From assembly GCF_001194135.2 (NCBI RefSeq), contig NC_068982.1, forward strand, positions 41,769,146-41,833,145: DNA of 64,000 nt, given 5' to 3'. The position numbers and the translations under genes are program-made. Under the pieces are notes generated by a model. It was given only the letters and a program-made list of their open reading frames with translations, had not been told where the DNA came from and searched no databases. This DNA is from Octopus bimaculoides. Lineage: Eukaryota. Position 1 is the stretch's first letter. Each line of letters opens with the position of its first letter. Positions 54,867 to 64,000 of the stretch are shown piece by piece.

Positions 54867-57171
54867 TCAAATGTAATGTTTATTTACATTGTTTTTGTAT
54901 TAATCATGCATTAACTTGTTGTTCTGAAATTTTCACAATGTGATGGTTTATTTTTAGAATGATATTGTAGGATAGGTGTAAGAGGCCAGTTCTGGCCAGT
55001 TTAACCCTTTAACATTCAGATTTTTCTGTCAAATGTAATGCTTATTTATTCATATTGTTTTGAAATAATCATGCATTATCTCATAACTTTGAGAGTTCAA
55101 TAATGTGATTGTTGCATTTTTAGAATGTCATTGTAGGGTAGGTGTGAGAGATCAAATCTGACTGGTTTAAACATAAAACAGATAAAATATTTGGGCCTGA
55201 TATAGTTGGTTTGTATGCTAAAGGGTTTATGCTACCTCCATTTTCTTTTTATGGTAGAGTGCTAGTTGAGAGAGATTGAGCTACTATTTCTAGGAGATTA
55301 AATAACCTCATAGAGTCTCCCTTATTTGCCCTAAGCAAATACCTGTTTTGTGTTTTTGTGTAGCACTATACTTGAGGCTTTTATACTCATTTCCATCCTT
55401 CTTTATCCATATTTGGATGTGCTCTGTAACTTAGCTCCTGAATAGCATGCTAAAAAAAAATAAAAAGAAGTTACAACCTATTTAGAGCATCAAGTTATAT
55501 TTTTTTATTTCATTTTTAATGATAGATAATAGTTGTGTCATTGTTCTTAGTTGACAGTGGTGGGGGCAGCAGTGAAGGTGGTGGTGATGGTAGTAGTAGT
55601 AGAAGTGATTTGAATGTTGTTATAGTATAGTGGTGTTGGTAGTGGCAGTGGTGATGATTTGGGTGATAGCAGCAGCAATTATCAGGCTAGTATTGATAAG
55701 TGATGGTGAATGGGTGATGTTAATGATGGAAACAATGATAATAATAATTACATGGTGAATACATTTTAGGTGCAGTTTTTAGGTTTCAAAGCTATATTTA
55801 GCAGACCCCATCCAACCCTGTTTGATAATAGTTAAAGGTCACAAATACTCTTTGAGTAATTTTTGTAAGTTCTTTTCCATGGAAACTGAACATCAATTAC
55901 ATCAATATTTCCTAATATAGATCTATAGTGGATAAGATATTAAACTTTAGACAAGCTGACAACTGAGATATTGCTATGTATTTGCTATAATACTGTAAAA
56001 GCACATACATTTTCGATCAATGATCAAGACCTGTACTTACCACTAAATACCGTAAACTCAGTCGATGAAAGATCAATGGGTTGTTATCATATCTTATCAA
56101 TGCTGCACTAAGTGCAGGGTCTAGATGCTTAATAATATTTATGTGCTGATTCTGTTCACCTTACCCCAAATTAGCACCATGATTAGGTACAAATAAACAT
56201 CATGATTGTAAGCTGTGGACACTGTTTAATTAACTTACTGATTTCAAATGCTGTTGTAAAGTCTTCACTATTATACAAGAACTTGTACTGTAGTTCTTTG
56301 GTAGTTCTAATATATAATAGTCATTTTTTTAATATAATGCTTAAAGTGGATCTGATATAAATGTATCAACCACTGAATAGTTATATAATAGGTGTGGCTG
56401 TGTGGTATGAAGTTTGCTTCCAAAACACATGGTTCTGGGTTCAGTCCCATTGCATGGTATCTTGGGAAAATGACTTCTACTATAACCTAGGGCCAATCAA
56501 AGTCTTGTGAGTGGATTTGGTAGATGGAAACTGAAAGAAGCCTGTTGTATATGTGTGTTTGTTTGTTCCCCATCACGGCTCACAACTGGTGTTGGTGTGT
56601 TTATGTCTCCATAACTTAGTGGTTCAGCCTAAGAGACTAATAGAAAAAGTGTCTGGCTTTAAAGAAAAAATGTACTAGAGTTGATTCATTTGTTACATTA
56701 TTTACATTTGACGGATATTTGTCCTTGTTTGTTGTTAACACGTTTCAGCTGATATATCCTCCAGCCTTCATCAGGTGTCTTGGGGAAATTCCGAACCTGG
56801 GTTCTCATTCCTAAGTTATTTTTTGATGTTATTATTATTATTCAGGTCACTGCCTGGAATCGAACTTGGAATCTTGGGGTTAGTAGCCTGTGCTCTTAAC
56901 CACTACACCATATGCCTGTGGGCAATTATGGAGTGAATTTTTTAGGGCTTATAAATCTAATATTTTCCTATCCTTCCTTAATACCAGCTCCCATATGCTA
57001 CTCATATCTGCACTCGGTCTGCTTAGGAGGTTGTTGTGTCCTAGCATATGTGCTGCTTCTTTTAGTTTTCGTATTTTCCAGTGGTGTTCTCTGTCTATTA
57101 TTTTAACTTCATCCCACAGGGGGAGGTGGTCTCCATTTTTCCATACATGATCAGCTATACGCGATTTAGAG

Positions 57172-57432
57172 GTAGAGGAACATCGCAAAACTGTGTCACG
57201 AGGAGATATTGATAAATCGGGTATAGCTGATCATGTATGGAAAAATGGAGACCACCTCCTCCTGTGGGATGAAGTTAAAATAATAGACAGAGAACACCAC
57301 TGGAAAATACGAAAACTAAAAGAAGCAGCACATATGCTAGGACACAACAACCTCCTAAGCAGACCGAGTGCAGATATGAGTAGCATATGGGAGCTGGTAT
57401 TAAGGAAGGATAGGAAAATATTAGATTTATAA
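57172..57432 (+). pseudogene. PLE GIY-YIG endonuclease C-terminal fragment (Penelope/Poseidon-like), 5' truncated
   Basis: VEEHRKTVSRGDIDKSGIADHVWKNGDHLLLWDEVKIIDREHHWKIRKLKEAAHMLGHNNLLSRPS..MSSIWELVL-stop fits the PLE pattern EH..KS.IA.H.W...H...WD.V.I.D.E...R.LKEA; mirror copy on - at 56949-57168. Confidence 0.8.
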
Positions 57433-57463
57433 GCCCTAAAAAATTCACTCCATAATTGCCCAC

Positions 57464-57538
57464 GGGCATATGGCATAGTGGTGAAGAGTGCGGGCTACTA
57501 ACCCCAAGATTCCGAGTTCGATTTCAGGCATTGACCTG
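57464..57538 (+). promoter_or_regulatory. tRNA-derived Pol III internal promoter (A box/B box) inside the PLE 3' region
   Basis: GGGCATATGGCATAGTGG (A box) ... GAGTTCGATTTC (B box, 57514-57525), with anticodon-like GGG-CTACTAA-CCC, 31 bp after the GIY-YIG stop; homologous copies on - at about 56845-56920 and 61900-61972. Confidence 0.75.
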
Positions 57539-57610
57539 AATAATAATAATAATAATAATGATACCGAAAAATACCTTAGGAATGAGAACCCAGGTTCGAA
57601 ATTTCCCCAA

Positions 57611-57656
57611 GACACCTGATGAAGGCTGGAGGGTATATAAGCCAAAACATTGTGTT
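57611..57656 (+). ncRNA. Decayed hammerhead copy (GAAA mutated to AAAA)
   Basis: GACAC CTGATGA A GGCTG gagggtatat AAGCC AAAA CAT TGTGTT; the mirror copy at about 56737-56779 (-) keeps CTGATGA and GAAACG but has a small deletion in stem I. Confidence 0.55.
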
Positions 57657-58244
57657 AACAACAAACAAGATGAAGATAAATATCTGTCAAATGTAAATAA
57701 TGTAATAAATGTACATAATTCCTCATCTTTTAAATATAGAACTGTAGAGTTGATTCATTCAACTAAAATTCTTCAAGGCAGTGCCCTAGCATGGCTGCAA
57801 CCAAATGACTGAAACAAGCAAAAGAATAAAGTTTATATTTGCTAGTCAAAGACTATTCGTCATCTTTATCATCATCATCATTTAACATCTGGTAACTGCC
57901 TGTTAAATGAGGATGGTGTCATACCCCAAAGTCTATTTTGCCATGGTTTCAATGGTTGGGCAACCTTTCGAATGCCATGTATTGGATTATTATTATTTGC
58001 CATGGTCATCTTTACCTTTCTTCTTTTTAGGGTCAATAAAATAAAGTGCCAGTTGATTACATTGTTTGAGATCAATGTAATCAACTCCCACTAAAATGGC
58101 CAGCCTTGTGCCAAAAATTTGAAGCCATTAACTTTGTCTTTTGTCCTTTCAGTGGGGTGATAAATAAATACCAAATGAGCATTGGGGTCAATAGTAATCA
58201 AACTACCCCTCCCCCAAAATTTCAGGCCTTGTGCATACAGAAGA

Positions 58245-59930
58245 AAGGATTATTATTATTATTTCTTCAATAGCTTCATACTAGTTTTTCCCGCACCACC
58301 TGATGCTGCAGGTGTTCTTTAGATGTGTATAACATTGTTTGTTCTTACTTTAGTGGGTTATGAAGGTGTATAGATTCCTCCTGTTAGTATACTGCACGAT
58401 TTGTTTTATGGGGTTTAGCCTGTTGTTCCTTGAGTTATATTATCATTTGTTCTATTGTGTATAATAAGTTGTGTTATTTTATTGGGTATTAATTTTGTAT
58501 AGTAAATGTTGCATGAGCTGTGTTGTTTAATATTATTAGGTGTTAATTGTATAGGGTACGGGTTGTGTGTGTAAATTATTCTATTTGATCTGTGCTATTG
58601 AATCGATAATGTCTTGTGCAGGATAAGGACCGTTCTTAGTAGAGTTATTTATTTTTAATGGTGTGTAGTATGTTTTTGTTCATATTTTTTTAGCCATACC
58701 TCATGCTCCACTTGTTATTGATAACAGTTTCACTTTCATGCTCTATATCTTAAATATTTCAATTTTAAGATCTTTGTATTTAACAGCTATCCAACTTCTT
58801 TTGGGGTAATATTTTGGTCAAAATGATGTGTGTTTTTTTTTTTTTATTATTTTCCAGTCCTTTATCATTATGGCTGGACAGTTATCCTTGATATTTTTGT
58901 CAGTTTGGACAAGCATATCCCAGGTGATTGTGGCTAGGTTATTGTGTGGTACCATGTTTGGTACATATTTTCACATCTAAGTGTCGATATATTGCCCAAT
59001 GAATATAGCTGTCAACTTAATCATGTCTGTGTATATACTGCAGCAAGCTTATCATGCCTACACTTTCTAAATTGATCCTGAGTGAAGAATACTGGACACT
59101 CTGATGCAACCTGAGGTATGGTTTTATCTGAATTATCATACATTCTACATTCAGGCGAGCAATTCTGTTGATTTATCATCCTCTTGATCCATTTTACCTT
59201 TAGAGCTGGTTCCTGTGCTGTCAAGATCATTTCTTCAGTATCCCTTTCTTAATCATAGCCAGTTATCTTTGTCATTCCTTATTTCTTCTGTGTTTTTGAA
59301 AAATGCTGACTAAAGCTTCTTTCCTATAAAGTTTGATTCCTCTTTTCTGCATTTTCCTGTTTTTTTTTAATTTTAATTTTTATTTTCAGGTTCTATGCAT
59401 TCTGTACATAGTTCTTCACTTATAACCCACTTAAGGAGTGTTTTTTTCTCTCTCTTTTTCTTCTAGACTTGTCTTCTGTAGTTCTACTTCTGCAACAGTC
59501 TTTAACTTTTTTTCTCCTTTTGTTCTTTTTCTGTGTCACCATCTACAAGAGATTGGAAATGTATTCTGTGAATCTTGAGTTGTCTTCTTGTTTTCCTGTT
59601 GCTGTCCTTCAACTCACCTCCTCTCCATTCAATAACTCTTGTTCGATATATTATTAGGGACTCTGCTTCAGATTGATTGCTTGTATGATGTTTCCTGCAT
59701 TTAATTTGGATTTTATAATATTCTTCAATCTGAAAATATTCATTATTGAAGATTTCCCTCTCTTCTATACTTTTGATATTGCCAATTTTCAGTATTCCCA
59801 TATATTTATTATGTTTCTTTTGCATTTAATGATTTTATAATCTCATCATTTGGCAGGTCTTTGCCAATAGTTTTTTTATGATTTCCCCATTTCATCTCTA
59901 TCACTGCATACTTTTTGATTTCAAAAGTCA
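58245..59930 (-). mobile_element. R4/Dong-clade non-LTR retrotransposon, 3' part (RT end, CCHC, REL endonuclease, 3' UTR, (TAA)n tail)
   Basis: Minus strand KYMGIL..EY..INS..IEW..EL..KTRRQL; ILTAQEPAL..ECRMY..KTI..SECP..RHDKLA; ends LLRTVLILHKTLSIQ-stop near 58595; tail gaagaaataataataat. Confidence 0.8.
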
Positions 59931-61773
59931 TCCCAATGTCATTACAAAATATTCTTACAGTGTGTGCTAAGAAATCCAGTTGGTTTTAATAAATATTCTT
60001 ACAGTTTGCTCTGAGGAGATAACTTGGTGATATTTCTGGTGCTTGACATTCTGAGTTCAAATTCTCCAAAGTCAACTTTTCCTTTCATCTTTTCAGGGTC
60101 AATAAAATAAATTACAACTCAAGTACTAGGGTTAATCTAATTAACTTGTTCTTCCTCTTAAAATTGCTGGCCTTGTGCCAAAATTTAAAATGATGATAAT
60201 TATTGCTTTAAAAATCTCCTCCATTGCACAAAGTTTGCAGTTGCATGGCCCAAATTTTTGAGGAGCTGGATGGTCTTCTACTTCTTGTAGCAAAAAAACA
60301 GAGTTCATATATTCAAGATACCTTTGCTATTATTTCCAAAATTAACAACTTCTGTAAGTATTGAAATAGTTTTGAAAACTGTTTTGTAGTAACCATGGAT
60401 GTTTCATCACTTTACATCAACACTGACCATGATGAAAGGGTGAAAAACGTGTATGGACACCTTTGCAAAGCAGTTAGACTCTATCTAATTTCCCTTACAA
60501 ATTACTGAAGTTTGTATTACAAAGCAACATAATGAAGTTGGGAGAAAACATTTACCTCCAGATGAAGGAATATGCCATGGATATTTCATGACAGTTAATT
60601 TAGTTAATGTCTTTATGACAAAATTTGAGCTACAATTATTAGAAACATTTAAATCACTGCACAAATGAACTACTCCTTTAGTTATGGTTCATTGATATCT
60701 TTTTTTGTTTGGGTAGGAATGCAGGATAGTCTAATTAAGTTTTTATATTGCTGTAACAGCTTTACACAAAACTATAGCTTTAAGTCCAATATAAAAGTCT
60801 TGTTGAGTTATTCAAAAGCTAGTATTGACAGTTTGGCCATAAAAGTTAAGTTTTCTGAAGGCTACAAAGTCACAAAATTATTTTGTAAATCCATGTAATC
60901 CCACATTTATCTTCACTGCCATTCCTATCATCCACACCATACAATTAAGTCAAATCCAAAGTCCCAAATTTTGAGAATAAAATGGATTTATACCAATGTA
61001 GGGGCTATATTAGCTTAATGGTACAGAGTACTCAGCCAATATCTGAGAGGCATAGGGTTCAATTCTCTGTAGCCACTTGCTAGCATCTTTTTGTATGGAC
61101 TCAGAAGTGGCTTTGTGGTAAGAAGTTTGCTTCTGAACCACATGGCTCTTGGTTCAGTTCCACTGTCTGGCACCTTGGACAAGTATCTTCCACTGTAGCC
61201 TCGGGCTGACCAAAGCTTTCTGAGTAGATTTGGTAGACAGAAACTGTAAGAAGCCCATTGTACATACACACACACATGTGTGCATGTGTCTTTGTGTTTG
61301 TCTCTCCACCACTGCTGAACTTAGCAGTTCAGCAAAAGGGTTTGATAAAATAAGTACTGGGGTTGATTCATTTGACTAAAAATTCTTCACAGCAGTGCCC
61401 CAGCATGGCAACAGTCTAATGACTGAAACAAGTAAAAGATAAAAGGAAATTATTGGAAACACACAAATGATTTTGTGTACCATTACATCAAGCCACTATT
61501 ATAGTGAATCATGATTGAAGGAAATGACAGCTAAAATTAAAGATGACTGCAAAACTTTCATGCTTAATTATAACAAAGTAAAATTTATGGTTGAATTCCT
61601 TTAGTGATTAGCTAGCACTGAAATTTCCCTGGCATTTCAAAAGTGTTGCATGATAGTTATCAACATATTTCACATAAATATCCTTCAGTTCTATATTTAA
61701 GAGATGAGGAATTATTTACATTATTTACATTATTTACATTTGACGGATATTTGTCCTCATCTTGTTTGTTGTC

Positions 61774-61819
61774 AACACAACGTTTCAGCTGATATACCCT
61801 CCAGCCTTCATCAGGTGTC
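61774..61819 (-). ncRNA. Hammerhead copy with G.U at the base of stem II
   Basis: Minus strand GACAC CUGAUGA A GGCUG...CAGCU GAAA CGU U GUGUU. Confidence 0.65.
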
Positions 61820-62058
61820 TTGGGAAAATTTCGAACCTGGGTTCTCATTCCTAACGATGTTACTATTATTATGTTATTATTATTATTACTATTATTAATC
61901 AGGTCGCTGCCGTGAATTGAACTCGGAACCTTGGGGTTAGTAGCCTGCGCTCTTAACCACTACGCCATATGCGACCTGATTAATAATAGTAATAATAATA
62001 ATAATATAATAATAGTAACATCGTTAGGAATGAGAACCCAGGTTCGAAATTTCCCCAA

Positions 62059-62104
62059 GACACCTGACGAAGGCTGGAGGGTATATCAGCCGAAACGTTG
62101 TGTT
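62059..62104 (+). ncRNA. Minimal type I hammerhead ribozyme (PLE-type), core intact
   Basis: GACAC-CUGACGA-A-GGCUG(gagggtatat)CAGCC-GAAA-CG-U-U-GUGUU: 5-bp stem I (one G.U), 5-bp stem II, palindromic ACGU stem III; predicted cleavage after 62099. Confidence 0.75.
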
Positions 62105-62319
62105 GACAACAAACAAGATGAGGACAAATATCCGTCAAATGTAAATAATGTAAATAATATAAATATCCTTGCTTCAAAAAATTTTTCCTCATCTACCTAT
62201 TGTAGCTTTTAGACACAATAAAAATGTAAGACAAATCTTATCCAGTACTTTTAACCATAACCAAAGCCCCATTGGAGTTTCTGAATGCTGTTCTGCAAAA
62301 AATAGTTGCAAGAAAGGTA

Positions 62320-62705
62320 TTGTTGTTGGCACTCCGTCGCTTACGACGTCGAGGGTTCCAGTTGATCCGATCAACGGAACAGCCTGCTCATGAAATTAAT
62401 GCGCAAGTGGCTGAGCAATCCACAGACACGTGTACCCTTAATGTAGTTCTTGGGGATATTCAGCGTGACACAGTGTGACAAGGCTGGCCCTTTGAAATAC
62501 AGGTACAACAGAAACAGGAAGAAAGAGTGAGAGAAAGTTGTGGTGAAAGAGTACAGCAGGGTTCGCCACCATCCCCTGCTGGAGCTTCGTGGAACTTTAG
62601 GTGTTTTCACTCAATAAACACTCACAGCGCCCGGTCTGGGAATCGAAACCGCGATCCCATGACTGCAAGTCCGCTGCTCTAACCACTGGGCCATTGCGCC
62701 TCCAC
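62320..62705 (-). mobile_element. SINE family C, full length with TSD, inserted in the Neptune-type PLE
   Basis: 13-bp TSD TGCAAGAAAGGTA at 62307-62319 and 62706-62718; a 3'-truncated copy lies on + at about 15654-15920. Confidence 0.88.
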
Positions 62706-64000
62706 TGCAAGAAAGGTAAGCACTGTTCATTGTGCAATAACATGTGTCAGGGTAGCTCCATCATAAATTCTAGCAGAAATGTTATGATTTATCCAGAAGG
62801 TGGGATCTTTAATAATGATTCCCATTTGGTGTATGTTGCTGAATGCACCAAACACAGCTTGATTTATGTTCATTGCACAACAGAACAATTAAGCAAAAGA
62901 TTTAATGGGTATAGGTAGGATGTCAGGCACAATAACACAACTTCAGAACTTGCTGAGCACTTTTCATCAAAGGTGAAAGCATGGCTGTGTGGTAAGAAGT
63001 TTGCTTCCCAACCACATGATTCTGGGTTCAGTTCCATTATGTGGCACTTTGGGCAAGTGCCTTCTACTATAGCCTCGGGCCAATCAAAGCCTTGTGAGTC
63101 GATTTGGGAGATGGAAACAGAAAGAAGCCCATCATTTTTATATATATATANNNNNNNNNNNNNNNNNNNNNNNNNNNNNNNNNNNNNNNNNNNNNNNNNN
63201 NNNNNNNNNNNNNNNNNNNNNNNNNNNNNNNNNNNNNTATATATATGTATATATCTATGTGTGTGAGTCTTTGTGTCTGTGTTTGTCCCCCACCTCAATG
63301 CTTAACAACCGGTGTTGGTGTGTTTATGTCCCGTAACTTAGCAGTTCAGCAAAAGAGACTGATAAAATAAGTTCTAGGCTCAAGAAATAAGTCCTGGTGT
63401 TGATTTGTCTGACTAAAATCCTTCGAGGCAGTGCTCCAGCATGGCCACAGTCAAATAACTGAAGCAAGTAAATTGGAAGAATACCTGAAAGTACACATTC
63501 TCAGAAAATATTTTGATTCCACTGAACTTTCAGTCCTCAAAACACATGAAGGTAAACATATTTGTGAGTTATTAGCATCACATTCTAGAAGGATGAACTA
63601 AATAATAAGAATTCTATCAGATTTATACAAAACTTTTTGGCTAAGCATTCTCATTCCTCTTTTCTTTTTTCTATACTTTTCTTATTTTAACTATTAGGTT
63701 GTCTGGAAAGTTCTGAGCATTTTTTAATATGCAAAAAGGGATATAAATAATTGACCTTACAATAAATGTTATTCAATGAAATAATTTCCATTATTAATGG
63801 TATTTGAAAATCTTATTGGGTTATTCATGAGGTGTAACAAGGACAAGTTAGCTTAGCAGAGTTTATGCTTCTTCAGATTTTTGTCAAGTGAAGTGAAATA
63901 TATTGCTGGGGCCTCTTCACTCTCACTTTTACTGATATAGTTGTTATGGAATCTGCTTACCTTCATCTTATTCGAGATGTTTCACTGATCATTCAGAACC

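Larger units (their letters stand above)
56691..57744. mobile_element. Penelope-like element insertion as an inverted (tail-out) dimer: GIY-YIG C-terminus + tRNA-like head + hammerhead in each arm
   Basis: Arms 56691-57168 (-) and 57213-57744 (+) are near-identical reverse complements around a 44-bp spacer. 15-bp TSD TAGAGTTGATTCATT at 56676-56690 and 57745-57759, splitting a host SINE tail. Confidence 0.88.
61686..62158. mobile_element. Non-coding version of the same element as an inverted dimer (tRNA head-(AAT)n-hammerhead-tail)
   Basis: Left arm (-) runs from GCATATGGCG at 61972 to the terminus ...AAATATAGAACTG at 61686; right arm (+) 61973-62158. 12-bp TSD ATAAATATCCTT at 61674-61685 and 62159-62170. 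Confidence 0.88.
60210..63650 (+). mobile_element. Decayed Neptune/Naiad-type Penelope-like element (RT, Cys-rich linker, GIY-YIG), interrupted by four younger insertions
   Basis: Motifs in order, with frameshifts and stops: SSYIQDT..FVVTMDVSSLY (about 60300-60420); YLHCHSYHPHHTIKS (about 60905-60950); IPLVIS..LQKIFPHLPIVAFRHNKNVRQIL; CSLC..SHLVYVAECTKH..YV..T..LSKRFNGYR..SELAEHF; LKVHIL..HEGKHICELL..GMN-like (63480-63600). Confidence 0.8.

Noticed and set aside
57464-57538. Functional tRNA-Ser(ACT) gene
   Set aside because: Acceptor stem does not close, the short variable region is not Ser-like, and it is embedded in a repeated element; treated as a tRNA-derived head.
58290-58600. Strand-skewed AT-rich block resembling a mitochondrial insertion
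   Set aside because: Lies between the R4/Dong stop codon and its (TAA)n tail, so it is better explained as the element's 3' UTR.
56691-62158. Repeated units with spacers suggesting a CRISPR-like array
   Set aside because: Eukaryotic context; these are dispersed inverted retroelement copies with TSDs, not regular repeat-spacer arrays.

Overview
Repeat-dense, AT-rich eukaryotic DNA from a draft assembly with 7 N-gaps. From the repeat families it is most likely an octopus/coleoid cephalopod (inference, not checked). One host gene is supported: the last five coding exons of a SAPCD2-like gene on + (19650-45207; 5' exons not found), including a GC-AG intron. The rest is mobile DNA: at least four tRNA-derived SINE families (CORE-like, Nin/Deu-like and two others), many 5'-truncated RTE LINE tails, R4/Dong LINE fragments, a Helitron 3' remnant, hAT- and piggyBac-like MITEs, microsatellites, and a decayed Neptune/Naiad-type Penelope-like element (PLE) carrying three nested insertions, with a fourth SINE before its last segment. 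The most unusual structure is a PLE-derived unit: GIY-YIG ORF end, tRNA-like Pol III head (A/B boxes), (AAT)n, minimal hammerhead ribozyme, tail. It occurs twice as a TSD-flanked, tail-out palindrome (56691-57744 and 61686-62158), and the second copy has lost the ORF and starts at the tRNA head. This suggests a Pol III-driven, ribozyme-carrying SINE-like element mobilised by a PLE. Two further hammerhead-like relics (29866-29900, and the palindrome at 43016-43453) point to several ribozyme-bearing families. All calls were made by eye; no database searches or folding programs were run, and many repeat boundaries are approximate.
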